A stretch of DNA of 64,000 nucleotides from Eledone cirrhosa (Eukaryota), in assembly GCA_964016885.1 (NCBI GenBank), contig OZ024741.1:298158001-298222000 (forward strand), read 5' to 3'. The stretch's first letter is position 1, and each line of letters starts with the position of its first letter. Positions 13,401-25,170 of the stretch are shown here, piece after piece. Below the pieces are notes generated by a model. The model saw only the letters and a list, made by a program, of their open reading frames with translations, was not told the DNA's origin and did not search any database. The translations under genes and the position numbers were made by a program.

Positions 13401-16031
13401 GGATGGCCAGAGACTAAGAAACGACTGGTCAATGAAAGAATGTATATCTGTACAAGATGGCTTAGTAACTAAAGAATATGCAAAACAATGTTCTTCAAAG
13501 AATTCATGATGCACATCTAGGAATTGAAAAATGTCAACTGTTTTGTTGCCAACCTAACCAAAAACCAGCTCTGGTTCTATGAAATAAAACCATCCATTTT
13601 AAAGGTTTCCAATTCAAATTAAAATCTTCCCACATAATTCTATATAAGAACCTTACATTAAGTAATGAAATAATAATTTTAGTAAGTCCCTCAAAATTCT
13701 TCATTAATTAATTGAAATAGAGTGTATTTTATTAGAAATGCTATCATAAGTGGGTTAAAGCAAGCAACAGTGTTTTCAATAGACATTAAAAATCTAGTAA
13801 AGTCATGTGAAATATGAAATGAGCACCAAAGAAGAAATACCAATGTGACAATGATAATAAAAGAAGACCCAACTAGACCAGTCCAAAATGTGGTGATGGT
13901 GGTTGTGGTATTAGTGTTATTGTCTTCAATACAATATAATACTTATATATATCATCATCATCATTTTATGTCCGCTTTTCATATATATACATATGAATCA
14001 TTACCTCCTATGGACAACTGACACTGTACTCCAGGTCCGAACACAGAAGAGCCAAACTTCCACTGTATTTTCCCTCCATCTCTTTCCCCCTCCCAATCTC
14101 TCTGTATTATGAGCAAATGGGGTCCCACATGCTGGCTGCTTCACGGCTCTGGTGGACAGAATGGAGAAGTCGTTTCCCCGGAGGATTGTAAGGGAGATGC
14201 GCTGGAAGAACCATTCCATCTCACAAGGCTCACACCTGCGGCTAGCCAGCTCAGTGCCTATGGTGGTAAGTAGGGAGGTAGCCTTAGGGCCAAGGATACC
14301 AGAAGTCTCCACTACTTAGGGGCTCGACCGCAAACCTGTTGGAGAGCGACCAATACTTGGAGAGTTTGCTGTCCTCAGCCTGAAGTGCAGCAGAACCTGA
14401 GTTGGTCGCAGACTGCACCAGGTTGTGGTTGGAACGGGAAGATGGTCATACTGTCTGGTATTTTGCTGTCCTCTCGGTCCAGCCCCACTGGCTCGAGCTG
14501 GGAGGGGAAGCCTGCAGCATCCAAGCCATGCTTTATGACCTCGTTAATGGCGGCATGGCTTGGAAGGCAGCTGGTATTGTAGTGGTAGGAATGCAGGTGG
14601 AGGGCGAAAGAGTCCATGGTAGATCTGCAGTGACATTTGTGTGGCTCACAGATCCGGAGGCCAAGCCTCAGGGAAACCTTGATGCACAGGCTATCGTTGT
14701 CCAACTGCGTGCTAGTGGAGAAGGAGGGTAAGGCATGGACCCAGGCACTGCTGTGGGGTTGTGAGACTGCACGAAAACATGCAAGGCAGTGCTGGTCGAG
14801 CTGGTGCGCTAGCCTGTCTGAGGCTAGGTTGCAAAATGACAAAAATGTTGTGGCTGACATTTTTGACTTCAACAATCAACAATTCTTACTTGTTGCTGAT
14901 CAATATAACAAAATGCCTTTTGTAAAGAGTATGAAGAGCATCACTAGCTCAAGCTGTATCAAATATTTCAAAGTAATCTTTGATGTTCATGACATTCCAG
15001 AATGGCTGTATACAGACAATGCGACATATTTTGTGTCAAATCAGTTCCAAAATTTCACCACAGAGTAGGAATTTGTGCACATCATATCCATCCCAAGATA
15101 CCCACAATTGAATGGTTTCATTGAACAAATGGTCCAAACAGGGAAAAACACTATGAAAAAAACAAAACAATCAAATGGTTCTTTTATGCCTAAAAGCTAC
15201 CCCAGCGGATAGACACCATCACCAGCAAAGATCTTATTCAACAGAAAAGTAAGAACAAGAATTCCAAATACGTTGAACACTGAAACTCCCCCCCAAAAAA
15301 ACAATCAAATCTGAGAAAAGGATGAATGTCAAAAGTAAAAAACAAGAACAGTAATACAACAGAAATATAAAAGACCTTCTTGAATTAGTTTTTGGCAGCA
15401 AAGTGTCTGTCCTTCAAGAAATAACACATAGACCCCAGCAAAGCTTAAGGACTTCATATGGAACTTCTGAAAAATACTCCAACTAGTACATTGGCTAATT
15501 CATAATTTTTAACTTCTCATTTAATAAAGGAGTTGTCGTAGTTCCCCTTCGGTCATGAATGACCATGGTTTTGCATCTGGAAAGTTCCCCTCCAAAGCAC
15601 AAGCCTGAGCAAAGTGTGTTTGTGAAAGACCAGCAGTCGCCCACGCATGACAGTCTCCCGTCTCTATGCTACTGATGTTGTCCAAGGGAAAGGCAATGGA
15701 CAATACAGCTTGGCTCCGGTGATGTTGCGGCTCATTTCTACAGCTGAGTAAACTAAAGCTACATGAAATAAAGTGTCTTGCTCAAGGACAGAATGCACCA
15801 CCTGGTCCAGAGTTTAAACTCACAACCTTACGATTACGAGCTCAATGCTTTAACCACTAAGTCACATGCCTTCCTAAAGGGGATGTAACATGCCAAATGT
15901 TTCGATTTAATATCTTATAAATTATGTCCCTCTGAGTGTGCCTTAAAAATGTCATGTAATTTAATGTTAAAAATAAAAGATAACATATGTTTAAAGATAT
16001 GTCTACTTCCTTTGTGTAAAACAACATGTCA
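10432..16031 (+). mobile_element. Decayed full-length Gypsy/Ty3 LTR retrotransposon with nested insertions
   Basis: LTRs 10432-10603 and 15884-16031 (TG...CA), GTTAT target-site duplication on both sides, TGG after the 5' LTR, polypurine tract before the 3' LTR; protease KIDIGA (~11635), RT PFGL...DDI (12122-12490), RNase H FASKRLTDAESRYANIERE (~13080), integrase (14840-15200). Confidence 0.9.
14001..14830 (-). mobile_element. CRE-like non-LTR retrotransposon 3' fragment (Zn-knuckle plus restriction-like endonuclease) nested in the Gypsy integrase
   Basis: SAWVHALP...LRLG...C-C...HAAINEVI...EPVGLDREDSKIPD...ETSGILG...FQRISLTILRGN. Confidence 0.75.
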
Positions 16032-16093
16032 GTTATAATGGAGCATCTTGTCTTGGCTTCTTAAATAACTGCTCTCTCTATCAACCCTCACAT

Positions 16094-16507
16094 GCTATCA
16101 GGTCTTGAATAATCGTCCCCTTATTAATTTTTTTGATTTTTTTCCAACCCCACCTGCTCGTATTACAACTCCCTTCCTGCTTATTAAATTTTGTTAATCT
16201 ATCTCCAGTGAAATTTTATTTTAAGTGATAGCATTCCTGTGACAATTAATTTTCTTTGGACATTAAAAAAAAACATTATACAAGACAAAAAAGTAAAAGA
16301 TTACTAGAAATTTCATATGTTATAAAATAAATAAGATAGGTTGGGGGGTCTCAATATGTAAACTAAATGACTAATTCTAGTTTTTAAAAAAAATCAAGGG
16401 AGACAACCTAGAAAAATTAACGATTGCTCCCCCACTTATTCTATGCCTCTGCTTATTCCAATCCACCACTTATTCCCCCACCTCCTATTATTTGGGACCC
16501 AAGAGTA
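16094..16507 (+). mobile_element. MITE-like DNA element; other copies at about 61612-61970 (-) and 62377-62650 (+)
   Basis: Degenerate TIRs (tactcttgggtcccaaataat) and a shared body (gggtctcaatatgtaaactaaatgactaatt). Confidence 0.65.
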
Positions 16508-17779
16508 AACAATTACAACCAGTGCAGTAGTAGTAATAGTTTTAAACTTTCTACATTTTTCTGGTACAAGGTTTATTTGAAGAAAATTTTAGAACTACTG
16601 AAACAGGCGCCATGATATTCTCTGAGTCTGAGAAGTACTTGTAATGGCTATTTCTAACATTTTATAAATAAATGTACTTTTAAAAATTTGTATTTGTGCT
16701 GTGTATGCAAATGAGTTTCAACAGCTCATAAACATAATTGTAATTCTATTAGAATCCAGCTTCTACAGTTTACAGGAAAGGAAAAGGGATATATAGCCTT
16801 GACAACCACTAAAAAGCGAGAAATCGTCGGTTATTACCCTTTGTTTTTGCTGAAGCTAGGTATGTGACGTTAGACACTACCTTAAAATTCTTAGCGAAAA
16901 GCCTTCAAAATGTTTTTAAATAAACATACAGTATATTATTAAATATACAATATGTACATTCTTAAATATATTTTTGCTTTTCATTATCATGGTCACGCAT
17001 TAGCTTCTTGTTTCTTATAAGACATTAGAAATTTCTAATATAAATTTTAGTACTGCATAAAATTGGATTTAGAACTACACAAGCATGGGTCAATTGCACA
17101 TTAAAATAATCATGCTCTGATAAAACAACAACAGCAAAAAAGTAAACTAACTAAATAAACAAACAAGAAATAGGTGGATCTTCCATCAACAGAATGATCT
17201 ACTCATTGAATTGTAGAGTAAATGGCAAAGTATTTCACATTTAACATAATCTTTGGACAGGATCAGCATGATATGGATGGCTGTCTCTTTGAATTACATA
17301 TTCAGTCCACTGGACAAGTTTTCACACAGTTCCCATCTACCCAGTTTTACTCAGAAGTCTAAGGTTAGCCCAAGGCTATGGTAGAAAGATGCCAAGCAAT
17401 GGGATTAAACCTGGAATCACATGATTGCAAAGTGAACCTCTTAACCACTCAGCCATACATGTGCCTATATTATACAGTGGAATACACATGCACACACTCA
17501 TGTACACATGCATATGTACACACACATGCACATATGGACACACACACACAAGTATAAACTCTTTTGCTGCCTTGTTTCTTCATTAATAATTCTACTTTAG
17601 GCACAAGGCCAACAATTTTAGAGGAGGGGAAAATCAAAATCAACCCCAGTGAATTACTGGTGTTTATTTTATCGAACCTGTAAGGATGAAAGGCAAAGCC
17701 AACCATGGCAGGATTTGAACTCAGAATGTAAATGGCTGTAACTATGCTGTGAAGCAGGTATATATAATTATATATATCT

Positions 17780-18085
17780 GTACTATGGGCATGTGGTTAG
17801 AATGTCTCAGGAAAGAATTGCTGGACAGATTTTATGGGCACAACTAATTGGTAGGAGACCAAGAGGTAGGCCCCAAGCAAGATGGTTGGATAACATTCAT
17901 GAGTTTGGCTTTTCTCTCTTGGAGATCCAGCTGGAATAGTTGGGAATGGTTGTTTCTGACAGGACCTACTGGAAAGAGTATTTGAAGACTCTGATCCCCA
18001 GGAAGAGGAGGAGGAGGAGTAGGAGGAGGAGGAGAAGGAGAAGAAGAAGAAGAAGAAGAAGAAGAAGAAGAAGAAGAAGAAGAAA
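17780..18085 (+). mobile_element. 3' end of a second RTE family with GAG/GAA tail; related pieces at 36690-37325 and 53970-54115
   Basis: YYGHVVRMSQERI...RPRGRP..RWLD motif. Confidence 0.75.
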
Positions 18086-18092
18086 TATATAC

Positions 18093-18224
18093 CTGACCAA
18101 TTCGTTCTAACAGATATGTTTCAGCTTTAATGCGGTCTTCTTCGGTAATCACTGCTCCATTTAGGGAAGTCAACCTTGGCATTTGGTTAATCAAAATATG
18201 TCGCATTTGTGGCTTTTTAGAGAT
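18093..18224 (-). CDS. LRRC9: LRRC9-like exon
   Basis: 132 nt, ISKKPQMRHILINQMPRLTSLNGAVITEEDRIKAETYLLERIGQ (final LRRcap). Confidence 0.88.
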
Positions 18225-18494
18225 CTATAAAAAAGATTTGGGAGACAGCTTACTTAATGCACAGACATACACATATACATATGTGTGTATTTGGCTGTGT
18301 GTATGAATGCATGTATGTAAAGATGAATGTAGGCTCATATATATATATATACATATATCCATATATATATATAACAGAACACACTCACAGTTTGGTTGGT
18401 TTTCGCTTCTGTATCTTTATTATCTCCATAGTTAATATATTTGGCAATCAATGTTTATCATTGATTGACCAGCGGTTAAAAATACAGATATAAA

Positions 18495-18700
18495 TATATA
18501 TATATAGTCTATCAAAGTTCTTTCATTGCACATCTGCAACATCGTAAGTGGTGCTTTTATTATGTTTACTCCTGTTGTATTGTATGTCTACGTCAAAAAA
18601 TGGCGTAGACATACAATAACAGGAGGAAACATAAAAGTAGCACTGATGATGTTGCAGATGTGCAACAAAAGAACTTTGATAGACTATATATATATTTATA
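18495..18700. repeat. Fold-back palindrome in (TA)n; both arms contain a decayed hammerhead core
   Basis: Arms of about 95 bp around apex cgtcaaaaaatggcg; right arm CTGATGA-T-GTTGCA gatg TGCAAC-AAAA, left arm (rc) CTTACGA-T-GTTGCA gatg TGCAAT-GAAA. Confidence 0.8.
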
Positions 18701-20503
18701 ATGAAGGTCACAGAAAAAGTTATAGCGCAACTAATCAGAGAGCGAATTGATCTAGGTGAAATGCAGTTTGGATTTGTGTCTGGTAAAAGTACCACAGACA
18801 CTCTTTTCCTTGTATGACAACTACAGGAGAAGTACCTAGCTAAAAGTAAACCCCTATACTTAGCTTTTGTTGACTTGGAGAAAGCCTTTGACAGAATCCC
18901 CTGCTCCATTATCTTGTGCGCTCTTAGAAAACTAGGTGTTGATGAATGGCTCGTGAGAGCTATACAAGCCATGTATAAAGAAACAGTCAGCAAGGTTAGA
19001 ATTAACAACGAATATAGTGAAGAATTTAGCGTAAAAGTTGGTGTTCATCAAGGCTCTGTCCTTAGCCCCCTCCTATTTATTACTGCTCTTCAGGCTATAA
19101 CAGATGAGTTCAAGACTGGCTGCCCATGGGAGCTTCTATACGCAGATGATCTAACGCTCATAGCCGAATCAATGGCTGAACTAGAGTAGAAATTCCAAAC
19201 TTGGAAGCATGGCCTAGAATCAAAAGGCCTTAAAATTAACTTGTCTAAGACTAAAGTTCTAGTATGTAGGAAGGAAAATAGGGCACTGGTCCCCTCTGGG
19301 AAATGGCCAATCTCAGTGTGTAGGAAAGGAGTAGGCAGAAACTCCATTTTATGTCCCAAATGCAAAGTATGGGTGCATAAAAGATGTAGTGGGATCACAG
19401 GTAAGCTAACTAAGAACATAGATTTTATATGTGGCCAGTGCTCAGTTGAAATAAGTAGTAGCAAGTGACCACAGGATACTAGCTCCTTCCATTGCCCAGA
19501 TGGTTCTATAGAAATAGTGGACACATTCCGTTACCTGGGTGACGAAATCAGCAGTGGTGGAGCGTGTTCTGAAAGTACAGTAGCCAGAGTCAGAACGGGA
19601 TGGAAAAAGTTCAGAGAGATTATACCGCTGTTGGCCACAAAAGGTTTCTCCCTAAAAATGAAAGGCAGATTGTATGATGCCTGTATACGAACAGCAATGC
19701 TACATGGCAGTGAGACATGGGCATTACCTACAGAGGACCTGCGCAGACTGGAAAGGAACGAAGCATGCATGCTCCGTTGGATGTGTAATAGTAATTTACA
19801 TGAACGGCAAAGCATAAATGAACTAAGTGAGAAATTAGGAATAAGAGGGATCAGATGCTGTTTACTTGAGAGAAGACTACGTTGGTATGGCCATGTGATG
19901 CGCATAGCTGTATAAAAAAGTGCAGGGCGATCAAAATTGATGGTAATTACGGAGTAGGTAGACCCAGAAAAACCTGGAACGATCTGATAAATTCCGACCT
20001 TACACACTTGCACCTCTCTAAGACAATGTCACTGGACTGAGATCTTTGGCGCTACGCAGTAATACAGAAGACCGGCCTTGCCTATGTACAAAGCGAAACC
20101 TACAGTCAGTAGGCACCTCTTAACCAAATATACACCCCAATCCACTACCCCTACCCTATCCTCCCACTCCCACCAACACCACCCTCTCTCTGTAAATTTG
20201 GAACCACAATATCCAGTCCAAATAAATGAGATAATGAGATCGAGATCGTGTAGGTGTCACAACAAAAAAACACACAGTCCACGCTGTAATGTGGCCGTGT
20301 AGGTAACACGGTAAAAAGTCCCCAGTTCCACACTGTAAATGTGGTTGGTGTTAGGAAGGGCATCCAGCCATAGAAAACCTGCCAGATAGTCCTATATGAG
20401 CGAGACACGGTCACCCGACCAACCTTGCCTCAAGTGGGACAACTCCCGTCTAACCCATGCTAGCGTGGAAGATGGACGTTAAACGAGGATGATGATGATG
20501 ATG
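18700..20503 (+). mobile_element. 5'-truncated RTE LINE (RT plus C-terminal Cys-rich region, (GAT)n tail)
   Basis: DLEKAFD, HQGSVLSPLLF, LLYADD, LRWYGHVMR; several stops. Confidence 0.9.
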
Positions 20504-20629
20504 ATCTGTATTTTTAACTGCTGGTCAATCAATGATAAACATTGATTGCCAAATAAATTAACTATGGAGATATAAAAGATACAGAAGCGAAAACCAACCA
20601 AACAGTGAGTGTGTTCTGTTATTATTTCT

Positions 20630-20820
20630 GGTGATTTGGCAGTATCGGTAGAGATTGGACGCCATGCTTTGCAGCAAAGAGTTATGGCACTTTATGGTCA
20701 GAGTTCAAATCCCGCCGAGGTTAACTTTGCCTTTCATCCTTACGGGGTCGATAAAATAAAGTACCAGTAATATACTAGGATAATTGCTGGCCTTGTGCCA
20801 AAAGTAGAAACAATTATTTC
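20630..20820 (+). mobile_element. tRNA-derived SINE, abundant family; other copies at about 17580-17760(-), 29600-29750, 31790-31920(-), 32880-32985, 35080-35262(-), 41497-41685, 55080-55260(-)
   Basis: A-box-like tggcagtatcggtaga, B-box gagttcaaatcc, conserved core aactttgcctttcatccttacggggtcgataaaataaagtaccag. Confidence 0.85.
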
Positions 20821-20869
20821 TGGCTATATTACAACAATATGACCCTCCCCAAGTATAACAATATATATA

Positions 20870-21012
20870 TATATTTGAAAAAAGGAAAAGAATGACTTCA
20901 CTTGTAGTTCTAAACAATTTGATTTAATTATATAATATCATAATACTATAAAATTAAATCAAATTGTTTAGAACTACAAGTGAAGTCATTCTTTTCCTTT
21001 TTTTCAAATATA
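20870..21012. repeat. Fold-back palindrome of about 60-bp arms in (TA)n
   Basis: gaaaagaatgacttcacttgtagttctaaacaatttgatttaatt mirrored by aattaaatcaaattgtttagaactacaagtgaagtcattcttttc. Confidence 0.85.
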
Positions 21013-21041
21013 CCTAACTGTACCAGGGATCTCACACATTT

Positions 21042-21102
<61 letters not shown>

Positions 21103-21105
21103 TAT

Positions 21106-22082
21106 TGTTATACTTTGGGAGGGTCATGTTGCCAATAAGAAACACACGCACCAGTTGCTTTCACTTCAATTTATTATAATAAATTTATAAATTTAGGAAT
21201 TTATAAATTTCCGGTTGGTTGGTTGGTTCCACAACCAGATGGTTGTTTATATATTGTCAAAGTTCTTTCGTCACACATTCTGTGACCTCTTCAGTGACTG
21301 GGGATTCTTTTGTTTGTTTTTGTGCCTCTCCTTTGTTCTGTCCTACGCCATCTTGTTTCTGTGTGTGTGTTGTGTGCTCAGTCTGCGCATGCGCCACATC
21401 CGGGTGTCTGTGTGTGTTTATATTCGTTTATTTATTTGTTTATTTACATGTTACTGGTTGGTTGTTTGTTCTATGTGCGTGTGTGTTTCCATTTTGTCCT
21501 TAATTGTAAGTTGTGATGTTGCTGTTCCACTCATGTTTTCTATTTAATTTTGGTTGTAATTCTTTTATGTTTATTGGCTCTGTGACGCAATGTTTAGACA
21601 AATCACAGAGGCAATAAACATAAAAGAATTACAACCAAAATTAAATAGAAAACATGAGTGGAACAGCAACATCACAACTTACAATTAAGGACAAAATGAA
21701 AACACACACGCACATAGAACAAACAACCAACCAGTAACATGTAAATAAACAAATAAATAAACGAATATAAACACACACAGACACCCGGATGTGGTGCATG
21801 CGCAGACTGAGCACACAACACACACACAGAAACAAGATGGCGTAGGACAGAACAAAGGAGAGGCACAAAAACAAAGAAAAGAATCCCCAGTCACTGAAGA
21901 GGTCACAGAATGTGTGACGAAAGAACTTTGACAATATATAAACAACCATCTGGTTGTGGAACCAACCAACCAACCGGAAATTTATAAATTCCTAAATTTA
22001 TAAATTTATTATAATAAATTGAAGTGAAAGCAACTGGTGCGTGTGTTTCTTATTGGCAACATGACCCTCCCAAATTATAACA
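21106..22082. repeat. Near-perfect palindrome, about 480-bp arms and 17-nt spacer
   Basis: Mirror ORFs 21215-21547(+) and 21641-21973(-); only a handful of arm differences; ends TGTTATA...TATAACA. Confidence 0.95.
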
Positions 22083-22271
22083 ATATCGGTTTCAACACAC
22101 GTTTTCAGATAAAGAATCTTGCTAAACAAATCCAGAAACGAAATATATATATATTGGAAAATGTGTGAGATCCTTGGTACAGTTAGGTAGGTATATATTT
22201 AATATAGAAAAGGCTTCTACAGGACTAGAACTATATATATATATATATACAATGTTCAATATATTGTATAG

Positions 22272-22322
22272 GGCTTCCTGATGATTTCTCCCGAATGAAA
22301 CAGTTCTAGTCCTGTAGAAGCC
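22272..22322 (+). ncRNA. Type I hammerhead ribozyme motif
   Basis: Stem I GGCTTC/GAAGCC, CTGATGA, stem II TTC tccc GAA, GAAA, stem III CAG...CTG, GTA cleavage triplet; AATAAA at 22331. Confidence 0.75.
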
Positions 22323-22417
22323 TTTTCTATAATAAACATTTATACTCTACTATGTATTGAGTACCTTACTTACTGAGGTTACCCTCGATTGAACCCAGGA
22401 TAAACTTATATATATAT

Positions 22418-22520
22418 ATATTTATTAAAATAACAGATTAAAGTTTAAGCAAAGAATCACTGTTAAGGGTGAAAGCAGCGATTCTTTGCTTAAACTTTAA
22501 TCTGTTATTTTAATAAATAT
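22418..22520. repeat. Fold-back palindrome in (TA)n
   Basis: atatttattaaaataacagattaaagtttaagcaaagaatc mirrored across taagggtgaaa. Confidence 0.85.
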
Positions 22521-22624
22521 TTGCTCTACGGTTCTTATATATTTGATATATATTCATCCTTATCGAGCCCTCTTTGGATTTTAGTCTTCAAATTTATTAT
22601 TACTATACATATATATATATATAA

Positions 22625-23470
22625 GTATTGCTGCGTTTTTTTGTAAGAAAATGATGATTGATTTTAAATCAGTGATATAATTTATGGAGAAAAACTCTGC
22701 ATTTCAATATTACTCAATGTAAAATGTAATGCATGAAAAATTGGAAAACATTATTTTTTAACATAATAAATACATGAAAATATATTTCATACTTTGTCCT
22801 AATGAAGAACTTTAGGGTAAACAACATTTCTTGTTTTTGATTGGCTAAAATGTAGAGATTTTTTGAAGTTTCAGTCCTTGAAACAGCCACATAAAACATG
22901 CCATGACTGAAACATGGGTTTGTCAGATCTATACCAATAGTTTTGAAAGTTTGACCTTGACTCTTATTGATGCTCATGGCAAAGCATGGCCTCATTGGGA
23001 ACTGCAGCCTCTTAAATGTAAAAGGCAACTCGCTATCACTTGGTATAAGTGGAATCCTCGGAATGAGAAGAGCTTGACCTTTGTAAGCCTCGAATATAAT
23101 AGTTGCTTCAATCAAGTCCTCATACAATCTTGTTCCATTTATTGGCCAACATTTTCACTATAGGGGGTTTAACTCCCATTAGGGTGTCTTAATATTATTG
23201 AAATTTGCTGACATTTTGTGAATAGGCATCATATCTTGTCATTTACCTATGGTTTAATTTTCATATAAATCGAAAGGTAAAAGATTTCAGCGGGGGTTTG
23301 TGCCCCCGAGGAACCCTTTGATTAAAATGAAATATACTTATACAAGTACCCTGGGCAATGTAGTTTCAGAATATATATGGTTATGGGGGTCTATCTCCAA
23401 AACCATAGGAGGAGTTTGTAAACAAACAAACAAAAAAAACAAACAGACAGGAACTACAACTTTATATATA
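22625..23470 (-). mobile_element. Helitron/Helentron fragment encoding the Pif1-type helicase C-terminus
   Basis: ORF 22714-23127: IPRIPLIPSD..PFTFKRLQFPMRPCFAMSINKSQGQT...FSHGMFYVAVSR. Confidence 0.85.
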
Positions 23471-23609
23471 TATATATAATGTATATATACATTTATTCCA
23501 AGAGATGGTGACAGGAATAGACCTGTTTTTTCTCTAGGGATTCTTTTCCATTTCTGTCACTGCCCAGTCTCCTCTATCTTTCTAGTTCTTCTTTAATTTC
23601 TCATTCTAT

Positions 23610-23644
23610 TTTCTGATGAAGGACTAGCGTCCGAAACGTTAAGA
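23610..23644 (+). ncRNA. Minimal type I hammerhead motif typical of Penelope-like pLTRs
   Basis: TTT-CTGATGA-A-GGAC tagc GTCC-GAAA-CG-TTA-AGA with palindromic AACGTT stem III. Confidence 0.75.
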
Positions 23645-24734
23645 CTCTCTTCCTATTATATCAAGCATAAAACTAATAATATATTTCTACCTTGTACTGT
23701 GTTGTTTGTTTTGTTATTTCTGTTTGCCTTTTGCAATATATATGCAAGCATGGAAAAATGGACGTAAAAACGATTATGATTATGATATATATATATATAT
23801 GCAAATATACATACATATGAAGGCATGTAGCTTAGTGATTAAGGTGTTGAACTCACGATCGTGAGATTATGAGTTTAAATCCCTGAAGATATATGCACAA
23901 AATCTATACACTATATGGTTAAACCAAGACCCCACTTCTCAGACCATGATAAGACTTCATTGCAATACACAGTGGCACGTGCAACTAGAGAATACATATC
24001 TTGCTTAGGTCAACTTTGCTTTTCATTATCTATTCTTCAATGAAATATAGTAATAGTTATAACATTGTGTATATGTTATAAATTTGTATTTATTGGTCGT
24101 ACAAATTGAAATTGGCCATATATAGTGTTACAAAGGAGATTGTAAAGTCAATCATCAGCTGCACATGGTATCGCTCGAATTCAAAGCATTGCTCCCCAGA
24201 TCTACAAAAGAAAGTGAGGAAAAACAAACAATGGATCACGTGACTGATTTGAAGCATGATGCACGTTTTATTTACATGCATTTTACTGGAGGTAGACTAT
24301 TTAAACCGGTGGAGTTGCCAATGCAGGGAGTTGGTGTGAGGTTGGCAGTGAGAGCAGTCGGTCCGATGTCAGCAGTGTGGAAAAGACAGTCGGTGTGAAG
24401 TTGGCGATGTGAATAGTCGGCATGAACCTGGGCGATGAAGAACAACATTACACAAGACATCCAGCCTGGAGCATCTTTTTCTTCCATTCTAAGTAAGTTG
24501 GTTAGCTGGGTTGGCTTGCGGTTTTCCAGCTGCAGATTTGGGCTGTTGGAGCTGTATTGTAGTTGGAGACTGCATTTTGCAACAATATATAAATTATATA
24601 ATGTCATCATATATATTAGCCGTATAAATTAATCATATATATTAGCCATATAAGATAGTCATACATGTTGTTCTATCATATATTTTAGTCATATAAGTTG
24701 GTCATTTAATATTAGTTATATTCATTATACTTAC

Positions 24735-24803
24735 AGAGTTATTAGAAAGTGATAAGTCTGTTAATGATTCTAAAGTTTTCAGATGGTCTAATTCATAGAT
24801 TTC
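24735..24803 (-). CDS. LRRC9: LRRC9-like exon
   Basis: 69 nt, EIYELDHLKTLESLTDLSLSNNS, poly-T acceptor, gtaagt donor. Confidence 0.85.
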
Positions 24804-24950
24804 CTAAAAAAAAAAAGACAAAAATGAATAAAGAAAATATAATAATTTTTTTATGGTTTGTATTTTAAGGTTTAACACTATTACCTGTCTTTAGGATGCC
24901 TTTAGCAAAGTCCCTCTGATGGAAGCATTTGAGCTAAGTATTTGGTTTAA

Positions 24951-25170
24951 CCCTTTAGCATTTAAACTGGATGTATCCAGCCAGAATTCTCTCACTTTTT
25001 TTTTGTTCAAATAGGTCATAACTGGCTGCTCATACTGGTATTGGTATTGTTCTCAAAATAAATTATATCAAAATCTCGTACATTCGAAATTTTGTGAGAT
25101 AATTATGTAAGAGAAAGCCTTTATCACAAAAATACAATAGTATATATAGAGTAATGTAAATACTAAAGCA
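24951..25170. mobile_element. piggyBac-like MITE; related pieces at 34195-34390 and 43145-43177
   Basis: TTAA-CCCTTTAGCATTTA ... TAAATACTAAAGCA-TTAA. Confidence 0.6.

Noticed and set aside
20630-20720. tRNA genes at A-box/B-box motifs
   Set aside because: No cloverleaf; each continues into a shared SINE body
21215-21973. Twin 110-aa hydrophobic ORFs on opposite strands
   Set aside because: By-product of the palindrome and TG-rich low complexity; non-ATG starts
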